Shown here piece by piece: positions 25,968 to 37,878 of a stretch of DNA of 64,000 bases. Position 1 is the first letter of the stretch. The number at the start of each line of letters is the position of its first letter. Under the pieces are notes generated by a model. That model saw only the letters and a program-made list of their open reading frames with translations, ran no database searches and was not told where the DNA came from. A program made the position numbers and the translations under genes. This DNA is from Amphiscolops sp. MND2022. Lineage: Eukaryota. Location: positions 9,736,001 to 9,800,000 of the forward strand of contig OZ076409.1 of the NCBI GenBank assembly GCA_964187785.1, read 5' to 3'.

Positions 25968-27631
25968 GATCTGAAAGACAAAAAAAACTTTTGAATGTAA
26001 TGAAATGAAATATCGATGGGCCCATATGTAGACTGGTCATTAGTAGACGTATAATCGTAACCGAAAAGTATGCTCTCAAATTGTATAATTGTTGCAAAAG
26101 TTCGTGAAAATCGTAATCTAAGTAAACCATTATGAATCACTTTTTGAAATGAGTTTCAAGTAGATTAAAAAGACTAAAGAACTCGATCAGTTAATCAAAA
26201 GTTTTCAAGAGTTAATGAAACGTTTTCAATTGAATAAACGCGCATGAAACAAACGCAAAACTAATAGAATTCAACTCATCATCAGTAAATAAAAACAGTA
26301 AATCGCAAGTCACAATGCGTTAAAACAGTTCAGAATTTAAACGAAAGTGTTTAAAAAGGTGATCACGAATAAGAAATCTAGCTTCAATGTTGCATCAAAC
26401 AACTGAACGCAACAACACAAAAAACTATTTATTAGAATTCAATTTTCCAAGATACTGTCGCTTTGACGGCCGATTTGTTCCAGGAATTCACCGTTTTCCA
26501 GGGCCGTAAGGAATTGTTGATGGCATCGTGCCAAATGATGGGGGGTCGATCATTGTTGAAATTGGCATTCTTTAGGGCATGCTTCAACTTTTTGTTTCGA
26601 TATCCTTTAACATCTCCAGTGAATGCCATCTCTGGTTCTGATTTTATTTGTTTCAATTGGTCTTTTGTCAGGCCCTAATATTTTATTTTGTCAAGAGAAC
26701 TTGCACCAATTACATTGATTTTCAACATAGCCACTTGAAATAAAAGACAGATCATTTGGACTACGTACATGTATTCGCTTAACAAACCCGCTAAAGTATT
26801 GAACATTCCAAAGAACAAGCTACACATTCATCAATAACTTTGCACGTAACTTTCAATCCAAATCAGAAAATTAAAAAACGTTCCGGACAAATGAGACCGA
26901 GTATAACTCTTGCCGTAATGGTTATAGAATTCTCGATTAGTTAAAGCCGATTTAACGTACGTTGAGAACTTACTAAATATGTATATCAAAACTAGGCCGA
27001 GCATTGCTCATGTTGAATAAAAAACAAAAATTTAAATCATCGAGGCCGAGTTTTACCCATGCCATTTAAAATTAGAAATGATGTGCTGAACAGAAAACGT
27101 TCATGTACTAAATTTCAATATAAAGCATTCAATTTAATGGAATTAATTAAAGTAAAATAATGTAAATTAAGTAATATAATGAGGTAAACTAAAGCTCTTA
27201 TTTTTTTATACCATTCTTTTGATCTTCGTATGTTGCTCTAACTCGGCGTTGTACCTGTAAAAGAAATAGATTTTAGACAACAATGAGAATTAAATTTTAA
27301 AGGAAACTACATTATAAATTGAAAATGTACCAAAGCGTCTCCCCTTCTATTTTTGAGATTTTGGAACATAATAGATGTTTGAAAATTCCAAAGGGTCCCC
27401 CCTTTCTGATTTTCGGCATTATGAGACTGTTCAAAATTGATTTTCATCTGATATTAGGTTTTCTCAATACATATCCACCAATAATTTTTTTCAATACTAT
27501 CTGGAATTTGAACGCAATATCCGGAGTGAAGCGCTATATCCGAATTTTTGACGTTATATCCGAAGTATATTCCGTTTTACTGAGGAGGAGACGGAGGTTC
27601 AAAAACGAGCGCTCGCATTTGTCCCAACCGC

Positions 27632-30600
27632 TCCATCCGAATTTCTGAAGCGTTTTTTCCACCACGCAAGGCTTCCTTTTGGGTGAAACTTTTTTGTGAG
27701 TTTTTCATTTAAAAAACGTCATGAGCATGTTTTGAAAACATTGCACTTTTTGAGCCTTAGATATAGCGCCGACTTTGGCCGTTCCCGGTTTGTTAAATTT
27801 AAGTGTTGACTTTGTTTGTCAAGATTGTCGATGTCTTTCAGCAGAGGTGTCATATTTATTCAAGCAACCGCCCTTAAGAGTCGCACTATCGCAGATATGA
27901 AAAATGAAACTCTCGGTTCTTTTCGAAAAAAAACATTGCTACAAGTTTATGTTACTATCCTTTTTGGCAACTATGAATTTTCTGGTAGTTATATGGATTT
28001 AGGTAGACTTTCTGAAAATTGTTTTGTTTGCCAAATTAGCTGTAGTAATCAGGACAAAATCAGGTTATTTTAGAGAAAGATTTCGAAAATCGCTGTGCCA
28101 AAAAAACACCGGGAAAACCCTTTTGTCTCAAAGTTTTGTAATTCAAATTAAATAGAAGAAAATCAAAGGGGAACCCTTTGTACCCTTTTGACCTTCGTTA
28201 GATCTCATTCGTAGTCAGGGTTGCTTAAAAATCGGATTCTTATTTATCGCTTGATTTGAATCAGATTTTTGTTTTTTGCTTGATTTGAATGAATTTTATT
28301 CTCATTGGGGAAAACGAGGTTTGTTTCAAAGATCAATTAGTTCATTGAACTAAAGCATTGAATATATTGATTCAGAATACGGAAACAAAATACGAGTTTT
28401 CCACATTTTTCAATTCCCAGTCGATTTCTCATACTGGAATGCTCGAAACCAAATGTGCTGAACAGCCTCTGTAATTCAGCCGTTGTAGTCATGCATGACA
28501 GAATCCTTTGGATGCGTTCCTTCAATTCGCTGTCCATCGGCACTAAGGAGTACCAGTCGGCAGGACTCACAGCATGAAGAGCCTCATCCGTAAACATGGT
28601 CGGCATGAAAGCCTCTTAGCCAACTCGAAACTTTATTATAATTCCAACCAGCTTCGGGTCCAATTTCAGGTCCATCCGAACTTCTGAAGCGTTTTCCCAC
28701 CACTCAAGGCTTCCTTTTGGGTGAAACTTGTTTGTGAGTTTTTCATTTAAAAAAACGTCATGAGCATGTTTTGAAAACATTGCACTTTTTGAGCCTTAGA
28801 TATAGCGCCGACTTTTGCCGTTCTCGGCTTGTTAAATTTGAGTGTTGACTATGTTTGTCAAGATTGTCGATGTCTTTCAGCAGAGGTGTCATATTTATTC
28901 AAGCAACCGCCCTTAAGAGTCCCACTATCGCAGATGTGAAAATGAAACTCTCGGTTCTTTTCGAAAAAAAACATTGCTACAAGTTAATTTTACTATCCTT
29001 TTTGGCAACTATGAATTTTCTGGTAGTTATATGGATTTAGGTAGACTTTCTGAAAATTGTTTTGTTTGCCAAATTAGCTGTAGTAATCAGGACAAAATCA
29101 GGTTATTTTAGAGAAAGTTTTCGAAAATCGCTGTGCCAAAAAACACCGGGAAAACCCTTTTGTCTCAAAGTTTTGTAATTCAAATTAAATAGTAAGAAAA
29201 TCAAAGGGGAACCCTTTGTACCCTTTTGACCTTCGTTAGATCTCATTCGTAGTCAGGGTTGCTTAAAAATCGGATTCTTATTTATCGCTTGATTTGAATC
29301 AGATTTTTGTTTTTTGGTTGATTTGAATGAATTTTATTCTCATTGGGGAAAACGAGGTTTGTTTCAAAGATCAATTAGTTCATTGAACTAAAGCATTGAT
29401 TATATTGATTCAGAATACGGAAACAAAATACGAGTTTTCCACATTTTTCAATTCCCAGTCGATTTCTCATACTGGAATGCTCGAAACCAAAGGTGCTGAA
29501 CAGCCTCTCTAATTCAGCCGTTGTAGTCATGCATGACAGAATCCTTTGGATGCGTTCCTTCAATTCGCTGTCCATCGGCACTAAGGAGTACCAGTCGGCA
29601 GGACTCACAGCATGAAGAGCCTCATCCGTAAACATGGTCGGCATGAAAGGCTCTTAGCCAACTCGAAACTTTATTATAATTCCAACCAGCTTCGGGTCCA
29701 ATTTCAGGTCCATCCGAACTTCTGAAGCGTTTTCCCACCACTCAAGGCTTCCTTTCGGGTGAAACTTGTTTGTGAGTTTTTCATTTAAAAAAACGTCATG
29801 AGCATGTTTTGAAAACATTGCACTTTTTGAGCCTTAGATATAGCGCCGACTTTTGCCGTTCTCGGCTTGTTAAATTTGAGTGTTGACTATGTTTGTCAAG
29901 ATTGTCGATGTCTTTCAGCAGAGGTGTCATATTTATTCAAGCAATCGCCCTTAAGAGTCCCACTATCGCAGATGTGAAAAATGAAACTCTCGGTTCTTTT
30001 CGAAAAAAAAACATTGCTACAAGTGTATGCTACTTATCCTTTTTGGCAACTATGAATTTTCTGGTAGTTGTATGGATTTTGGTAGACTTTCTGAAAATTG
30101 AATTGTTTGCCAAATTAGTTGTAGTAGTCAGGACAAAATCAGGTTATTTTAGAGAAAGTTTTCGAAAATCGCTGTTCCAAAAAACACCGGGAAAACCCTT
30201 TTGTCTCAAAGTTTTGTAATTCAAATTAAATAGTAAGAAAATCAAAAGGGGAATCCTTTGTACCCTTTTGACCTTCGTTAGATCTCATTCGTAGTCAGGG
30301 TTGTTTAAAAATCGGATTCTTATTTATCGCTTGATCTGAATCAGATTTTTGTTTTTTGCTTGATTTGAATGAATTTTATTCTCATTGGGGAAAACGAGGT
30401 TTGTTTCAAAGATCAATTAGTTCATTGAACTAAAGCATTGAATATATTGATTCAGAATACGGAAACAAAATACGAGTTTTCCACATTTTTCAATTCCCAG
30501 TCGATTTCTCATACTGGAATGCTCGAAACCAAAGGTGCTGAACAGCCTCTCTAATTCAGCCGTTGTAGTCATGCATGACGGAATCCTTTGGATGCGTTCC

Positions 30601-33600
30601 TTCAATTCGCTGTCCATCGGCACTAAGGAGTACCAGTCGACAGGACTCACAGCATGAAGAGCCTCATCCGTGAACATGGTCGGCATGAAAGGCTCTTAGC
30701 CAACTCGAAACTTTATTATAATTCCAACCAGCTTCGGGTCCAATTTCAGGTCCATCCGAACTTCTGAAGCGTTTTCCCACCACCCAAGGCTTCCTTTTGG
30801 GTGAAACTTGTTTGTGAGTTTTTCATTTAAAAAACGTCATGAGCATGTTTTGAAAACATTGCACTTTTTGAGCCTGAGATATAGCGCCGACTTTTGCCGT
30901 TCTCGGCTTGTTAAGTTTGAGTGTTGACTATGTTTGTCAAGATTGTCGATGTCTTTCAGCAGAGGTGTCATATATATTCAAGCAACCGCCCTTGAGAGTC
31001 GCACTATCGCAGATGTGAAAAATGAAACTCTCGGTTCTTTTCGAAAAAAAACATTGCTACAAGTTTATGCTACTTATCCTTTTTGGCAACTATGAATTTT
31101 CTGGTAGTTATATGGATTTAGGTAGACTTTCTGAAAATTGAATTGTTTGGCAAATTAGCTGTAGTAATCAGGACAAAATCAGGTTATTTTAGAGAAAGTT
31201 TTCGAAAATCGCTGTGCCAAAAAACACCGGGAAAACCCTTTTGTCTCAAAGTTTTGTAATTCAAATTAAATAGTAAGAAAATCAAAGGGGAACCCTTTGT
31301 ACCCTTTTGACCTTCGTTAGATCTCATTCGTAGTCAGGGTTGCTTAAAAATCGGATTCTTATTTATCGCTTGATTTTAATCAGATTTTTGTTTTTTGGTT
31401 GATTTGAATGAATTTTATTCTCATTGGGGAAAACGAGGTTTGTTTCAAAGATCAATTAGTTCATTGAACTAAAGCATTGATTATATTGATTCAGAATACG
31501 GAAACAAAATACGAGTTTTCCACATTTTTCAATTCCCAGTCGATTTCTCATACTGAAATGCTCGAAACCAAAGGTGCTGAACAGCCTCTCTAATTCAGCC
31601 GTTGTAGTCATGCATGACAGAATCCTTTGGATGCGTTCCTTCAATTCGCTGTCCATCGGCACTAAGGAGTACCAGTCGGCAGGACTCACAGCATGAAGAG
31701 CCTCATCCGTAAACATGGTCGGCATGAAAGGCTCTTAGCCAACTCGAAACTTTATTATAATTCCAACCAGCTTCGGGTCCAATTTCAGGTCCATCCGAAC
31801 TTCTGAAGCGTTTTCCCACCACTCAAGGCTTCCTTTCGGGTGAAACTTGTTTGTGAGTTTTTCATTTAAAAAACGTCATGAGCATGTTTTGAAAACATTG
31901 CACTTTTTGAGCCTTAGATATAGCGCCGACTTTTGCCGTTCTCGGCTTGTTAAGTTTGAGTGTTGACTATGTTTGTCAAGCCGTTCTCGGCTTGTTAAGT
32001 TTGAGTGTTGACTATGTTTGTCAAGATTGTCGATGTCTTTCAGCAGAGGTGTCATATTTATTCAAGCAATCGCCCTTAAGAGTCCCACTATCGCAGATGT
32101 GAAAAATGAAACTCTCGGTTCTTTTCGAAAAAAAAACATTGCTACAAGTGTATGCTACTTATCCTTTTTGGCAACTATGAATTTTCTGGTAGTTGTATGG
32201 ATTTTGGTAGACTTTCTGAAAATTGAATTGTTTGCCAAATTAGTTGTAGTAGTCAGGACAAAATCAGGTTATTTTAGAGAAAGTTTTCGAAAATCGCTGT
32301 TCCAAAAAACACCGGGAAAACCCTTTTGTCTCAAAGTTTTGTAATTCAAATTAAATAGTAAGAAAATCAAAAGGGGAATCCTTTGTACCCTTTTGACCTT
32401 CGTTAGATCTCATTCGTAGTCAGGGTTGTTTAAAAATCGGATTCTTATTTATCGCTTGATCTGAATCAGATTTTTGTTTTTTGCTTGATTTGAATGAATT
32501 TTATTCTCATTGGGGAAAACGAGGTTTGTTTCAAAGATCAATTAGTTCATTGAACTAAAGCATTGAATATATTGATTCAGAATACGGAAACAAAATACGA
32601 GTTTTCCACATTTTTCAATTCCCAGTCGATTTCTCATACTGGAATGCTCGAAACCAAAGGTGCTGAACAGCCTCTCTAATTCAGCCGTTGTAGTCATGCA
32701 TGACGGAATCCTTTGGATGCGTTCCTTCAATTCGCTGTCCATCGGCACTAAGGAGTACCAGTCGACAGGACTCACAGCATGAAGAGCCTCATCCGTGAAC
32801 ATGGTCGGCATGAAAGGCTCTTAGCCAACTCGAAACTTTATTATAATTCCAACCAGCTTCGGGTCCAATTTCAGGTCCATCCGAACTTCTGAAGCGTTTT
32901 CCCACCACCCAAGGCTTCCTTTTGGGTGAAACTTGTTTGTGAGTTTTTCATTTAAAAAACGTCATGAGCATGTTTTGAAAACATTGCACTTTTTGAGCCT
33001 GAGATATAGCGCCGACTTTTGCCGTTCTCGGCTTGTTAAGTTTGAGTGTTGACTATGTTTGTCAAGATTGTCGATGTCTTTCAGCAGAGGTGTCATATAT
33101 ATTCAAGCAACCGCCCTTGAGAGTCGCACTATCGCAGATGTGAAAAATGAAACTCTCGGTTCTTTTCGAAAAAAAACATTGCTACAAGTTTATGCTACTT
33201 ATCCTTTTTGGCAACTATGAATTTTCTGGTAGTTATATGGATTTAGGTAGACTTTCTGAAAATTGAATTGTTTGGCAAATTAGCTGTAGTAATCAGGACA
33301 AAATCAGGTTATTTTAGAGAAAGTTTTCGAAAATCGCTGTGCCAAAAAACACCGGGAAAACCCTTTTGTCTCAAAGTTTTGTAATTCAAATTAAATAGTA
33401 AGAAAATCAAAGGGGAACCCTTTGTACCCTTTTGACCTTCGTTAGATCTCATTCGTAGTCAGGGTTGCTTAAAAATCGGATTCTTATTTATCGCTTGATT
33501 TTAATCAGATTTTTGTTTTTTGGTTGATTTGAATGAATTTTATTCTCATTGGGGAAAACGAGGTTTGTTTCAAAGATCAATTAGTTCATTGAACTAAAGC

Positions 33601-34995
33601 ATTGATTATATTGATTCAGAATACGGAAACAAAATACGAGTTTTCCACATTTTTCAATTCCCAGTCGATTTCTCATACTGAAATGCTCGAAACCAAAGGT
33701 GCTGAACAGCCTCTCTAATTCAGCCGTTGTAGTCATGCATGACAGAATCCTTTGGATGCGTTCCTTCAATTCGCTGTCCATCGGCACTAAGGAGTACCAG
33801 TCGGCAGGACTCACAGCATGAAGAGCCTCATCCGTAAACATGGTCGGCATGAAAGGCTCTTAGCCAACTCGAAACTTTATTATAATTCCAACCAGCTTCG
33901 GGTCCAATTTCAGGTCCATCCGAACTTCTGAAGCGTTTTCCCACCACTCAAGGCTTCCTTTCGGGTGAAACTTGTTTGTGAGTTTTTCATTTAAAAAACG
34001 TCATGAGCATGTTTTGAAAACATTGCACTTTTTGAGCCTTAGATATAGCGCCGACTTTTGCCGTTCTCGGCTTGTTAAGTTTGAGTGTTGACTATGTTTG
34101 TCAAGCCGTTCTCGGCTTGTTAAGTTTGAGTGTTGACTATGTTTGTCAAGATTGTCGATGTCTTTCAGCAGAGGTGTCATATATATTCAAGCAACCGCCC
34201 TTGAGAGTCGCACTATCGCAGATGTGAAAAATGAAACTCTCGGTTCTTTTCGAAAAAAAAAACATTGCTACAAGTTTATGCTACTTATCCTTTTTGGCAA
34301 CTATGAATTTTCTGGTAGTTATATGGATTTAGGTAGACTTTCTGAAAATTGAATTGTTTGGCAAATTAGCTGTAGTAGTCAGGACAAAATCAGGTTATTT
34401 TAGAGAAAGTTTTCGAAAATCGTTGTGCCAAAAAACACCGGGAAAACCCTTTTGTCTCAAAGTTTTGTAATTCAAATTAAATAGTAAGAAAATCAAAAGG
34501 GGAACCCTTTGTACCCTTTTGACCTTCGTTAGATCTCATTCGTAGTCAGGGTTGCTTAAAAATCGGATTCTTGTTTATCGCTTGATTTGAATCAGATTTT
34601 TGTTTTTTGCTTGATTTGAATGATTTCTATTCTCATTGGGGAAAACGAGGTTTGTTTCAAAGATCAATTAGTTCATTGAACTAAAGCATTGATTTTATTG
34701 ATTCAGAATACGGAAACAAAATACGAGTTTTCCACATTTTTCAATTCTCAATCGATTTCTCAAACTGGAATGCTCGAAACCAAAGGTGCTGAACAGCCTC
34801 TCCAATTCAGCCGTTGTAGTCATGCATGACAGAATCCGTTGGATGCGTTCCTTCAATTTACTTTCCATCGGCACTAAGGAGTACCAGTCGGCAGGACTCA
34901 CAGCATGAAGAGCCTCATCTGTAAACATGGTCGGCATGAAAGGCTCTTTGCCAATCCGAAACTTTATTATAATTCCAACCAGCTTCGGATCCAAT
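27632..34995. repeat. Tandem array of 7 x ~1.04-kb units (HINE 3' end + spacer + hAT terminus + hAT transposase 3' end)
   Basis: Units start TCCATCCGAA at 27632, 28671, 29709, 30751, 31790, 32876 and 33915; the last unit runs into the full hAT element. Confidence 0.97.
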
Positions 34996-36553
34996 TCTTT
35001 GGCCAAGTTCATAGCTTCTTCAATTTCAAGGGGTGTCAAAATGTCTTCACTGCGAAACCGTGGATCCAAATAATAACTAAAATAATGGATGGGAGTAAGG
35101 GCTTTTGGTTTTCGTTTAGCAAAGGCTTGTCTTTGTGCTGTATCAAGAATAGAGCCAAGTTGAGAAGATAAATAAGTCCAAATTTTCACAGCATCCGATA
35201 AATTAATGTTTGAAGCTTGAATTTTTTCTAATGCGCAACTTATAGGGTCCAGAATAGACAAGTAATCTTCCACGTTTCGTTTCAAATTGAGGTTTGTTAT
35301 AGCCTCATAAACGTCTTTCGCCATTTCTAGGCGAATCTGTTCAGCATTTCCGACCAAAGTGGGCCATGCTTCAATATGGGTTCTCAGGCTGTCACGGGTG
35401 CTTTTCCATCTGGTGTCATTTAGTAGTACCAATTTTCGACCGTTCTTTTCGTGCAATCAGGCACCATTTCTTCAATAACTCCTTCCGACAACGCTTTTCG
35501 CATCTTTTGCACGTTAGCAGCATTATCGGTGACAAAGCCACACACTTTGAAAGTGTATTTCGAAACGTTCTTTACCATGGAGTCTTGTGCAATCCTTACC
35601 AAGTTTTCAGTTGTTTGCGACATCCCTGTTGTATCGACATTTTCGAGCAAAAACGTGGTGCCATTAAGCAGTTGCACTAACACATATGATTGGCTCATTA
35701 TAACGATTTGACCAACCATCCAAATTGAGCGGTACAAAGCCGTCTTTTAGGGTAATTTTTGCTTTTTCTGTACATTCCAAATGCACTTCATCTAGCAACT
35801 TTCCCGAAATATCTTTTCGACTTGAGGGCGTATAACTGGCCCTTAACGATTTGCAAAGATCCTTGAAGGCATCGTGTTCCACATGTAAGAATGGGGTGTT
35901 TGTGGCGTGAATATAGCGCGCCACTTTCATATCCAGTCCATGTTCTTCATCTTTGCTATATGAGCTGATGAATTTAGTTATTTTAACCGTTTTCTTTGGA
36001 GTGCGCGTCTCATTCTGCTCACTGCCCAATTTCTCTTCTGACGCTTCATTCGATTCACAATTCCTTGCATTCCTTTCTCACAGGTGTTGCATATAGCCCA
36101 TGGTCCTTTGTTGCCTTCCAGAAACATCAAGCATTTAATGTTACACAGTTTTGACATTTCTGTTAACAAAAAATGAACAAGGAAAATTAGTATGTTTTTA
36201 AATATATGTACACAATGGTTTTCTACCTTTGTGGTTTTCCGAAAGTGGTTGCAAATTTCATCAAGAGGTCGGCCAGGCATCATCAACAAAACTCTGGAAA
36301 CGTACAGACATTTTGCTAATATTTCAACCTGAAGATGCGGACTAAGTTTCAGAAGCATGAAAAATGAGAAAACTAACAGAACAATGTTAACTAATAAAAA
36401 ATTAATTATAAAAATAGGTCTAATAACGAAGTTAATTGCACGCACTAATCAGAATAAAACTTCAACTATATGGTTAAAAACACTATTGATTCAAATGATT
36501 TTTATTTTCTGATTTAAATCGGGTTCAAATCATTGATTCAAATCAAGGCACTG
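34547..36553 (-). mobile_element. hAT-superfamily DNA transposon, decayed (BED finger, DUF659-like region, dimerisation domain)
   Basis: AICNTCEKGMQGIVNRMK (BED-like), LNLDGWSN, FVTDNAANVQKM, DTRW, ELERLFSTFGFEHSSLRNRL. Ends CAGGGTTG.../...GGCACTG with GATT(T/C)(A/G)AATC subterminal repeats. Frameshifts; no matching TSD seen. Confidence 0.9.
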
Positions 36554-36959
36554 TATGACGTTGGTACTGTATAACGTTGTCAGTTCGAACGGGTCGGAAA
36601 GTAAACTGGCGAAAAGCCATTATAGTAGTTGATCTTTAATCCATACAACGACAATTAAAAACCAAATTGTAATAAGTTACATTTTGGAAACGCATAGAAA
36701 TTTGTTGCAGTTGTAATGTTCTCGGTCACAATTCATTCCTTTGGTTGAAGTTTCACTAGTATTAAATATTACGGCTCAGGTAGAGGAAAATGTATGAGAA
36801 ATGGAAACAACGATGGTTTGGTCAAAAAAATTTTCCTGCTAAATACCCAAGAAAGTATTACTAAATTTGTGCATGAATAGGAGGCTGTGTAAACCTAAAA
36901 GGTACAGTCACCACTTTGAGAAGTGAATTTAAATATAACCACGAACTTTTCCTTTTAAG

Positions 36960-37471
36960 GTCACTGCCTTTTTCGCTGCCAGTAGTCGTTATGGCACTCC
37001 TGACGAATTGAAGAAACTTGTTGACACAGCGCACGGAATGGGGCTGACCGTTTTACTGGACATTGTCCACAGTCACGCGGCCAAAAACACTCTCGACGGT
37101 CTGAACATGTTTGACGGGTCTGACAGCTGTTTCTTCCATTCGGGAGCGAGAGGAAACCACAATTTGTGGGACAGTCGTCTTTTCGACTACAAGAATTGGG
37201 AAACTCGGCGTTTCCTGCTGTCCAACCTTGCCATGTGGATCGAAGAATATCAGTTTGATGGATTCCGTTTCGACGGAGTCACTTCCATGCTCTACCATCA
37301 TCACGGGATAGGAACCGGTTTCAGTGGGAACTATGGGGAGTATTTCGGACTGCATGTCGACACTGATGCTCTGGTTTATCTCATGCTGGCCAGTTATTTG
37401 GTCAAGAACTATTTGAAAAAGGACGCGGTCCTGATTGCCGAGGACGTGTCCGGTATGCCAGCTTTGTGTAG
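36960..37471 (+). CDS. GBE1: Branching enzyme exon 4 (GH13 catalytic core)
   Basis: [22 protein letters not shown]...DIVHSHA...[18 protein letters not shown]...IAEDVSGMP; joins exon 3 in phase 0. Confidence 0.97.
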
Positions 37472-37690
37472 GTTAGTTAATTTCCATCTTTTGATGGGTT
37501 TTGTCTAGATCTGTGATAGGGAGTATTGCTAAACATGCAACTCATGTTTTTATCTGTCCGTCAATCGGGCAATGCGCCTTTGAAAGTCTTTTCTGGTACA
37601 GTGTGGTGACTAGTGTTGTTTATCCAAGTTCTATTTAGTAGATACCGGATAAATTAAATTATTATATATTATAAAAATGTTGTGTTGTAG

Positions 37691-37878
37691 ATTGGTGGAC
37701 GAGGGCGGGGTGGGGTTCGACTACCGACTGGCGATGGCCATCCCGGACATGTGGATCAAGCTGCTGAAGGAGAAGAAGGACGACGAGTGGGACATGGGCG
37801 CCATCTGCCACCTGCTCAGCAACCGCCGCTACAGGGAGAAGTGCATCGCCTACGCCGAGTCACACGACCAAGCATTGG
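37691..37878 (+). CDS. GBE1: Branching enzyme exon 5
   Basis: [23 protein letters not shown]...[16 protein letters not shown] boundaries in phase. Confidence 0.96.

Larger units (their letters stand above)
20620..27550. repeat. Degenerate ~2-kb tandem/segmental repeats (about 3.5 copies with deletions)
   Basis: The same blocks recur at ~20620-22525, 22525-24525, 24525-24905 (partial) and 25843-27550. Confidence 0.9.

Noticed and set aside
27632..34995. Regular repeats as a CRISPR array, or six functional 89-aa genes
   Set aside because: Units are ~1 kb with no unique spacers; the ORFs are copied 3' fragments of the hAT transposase.
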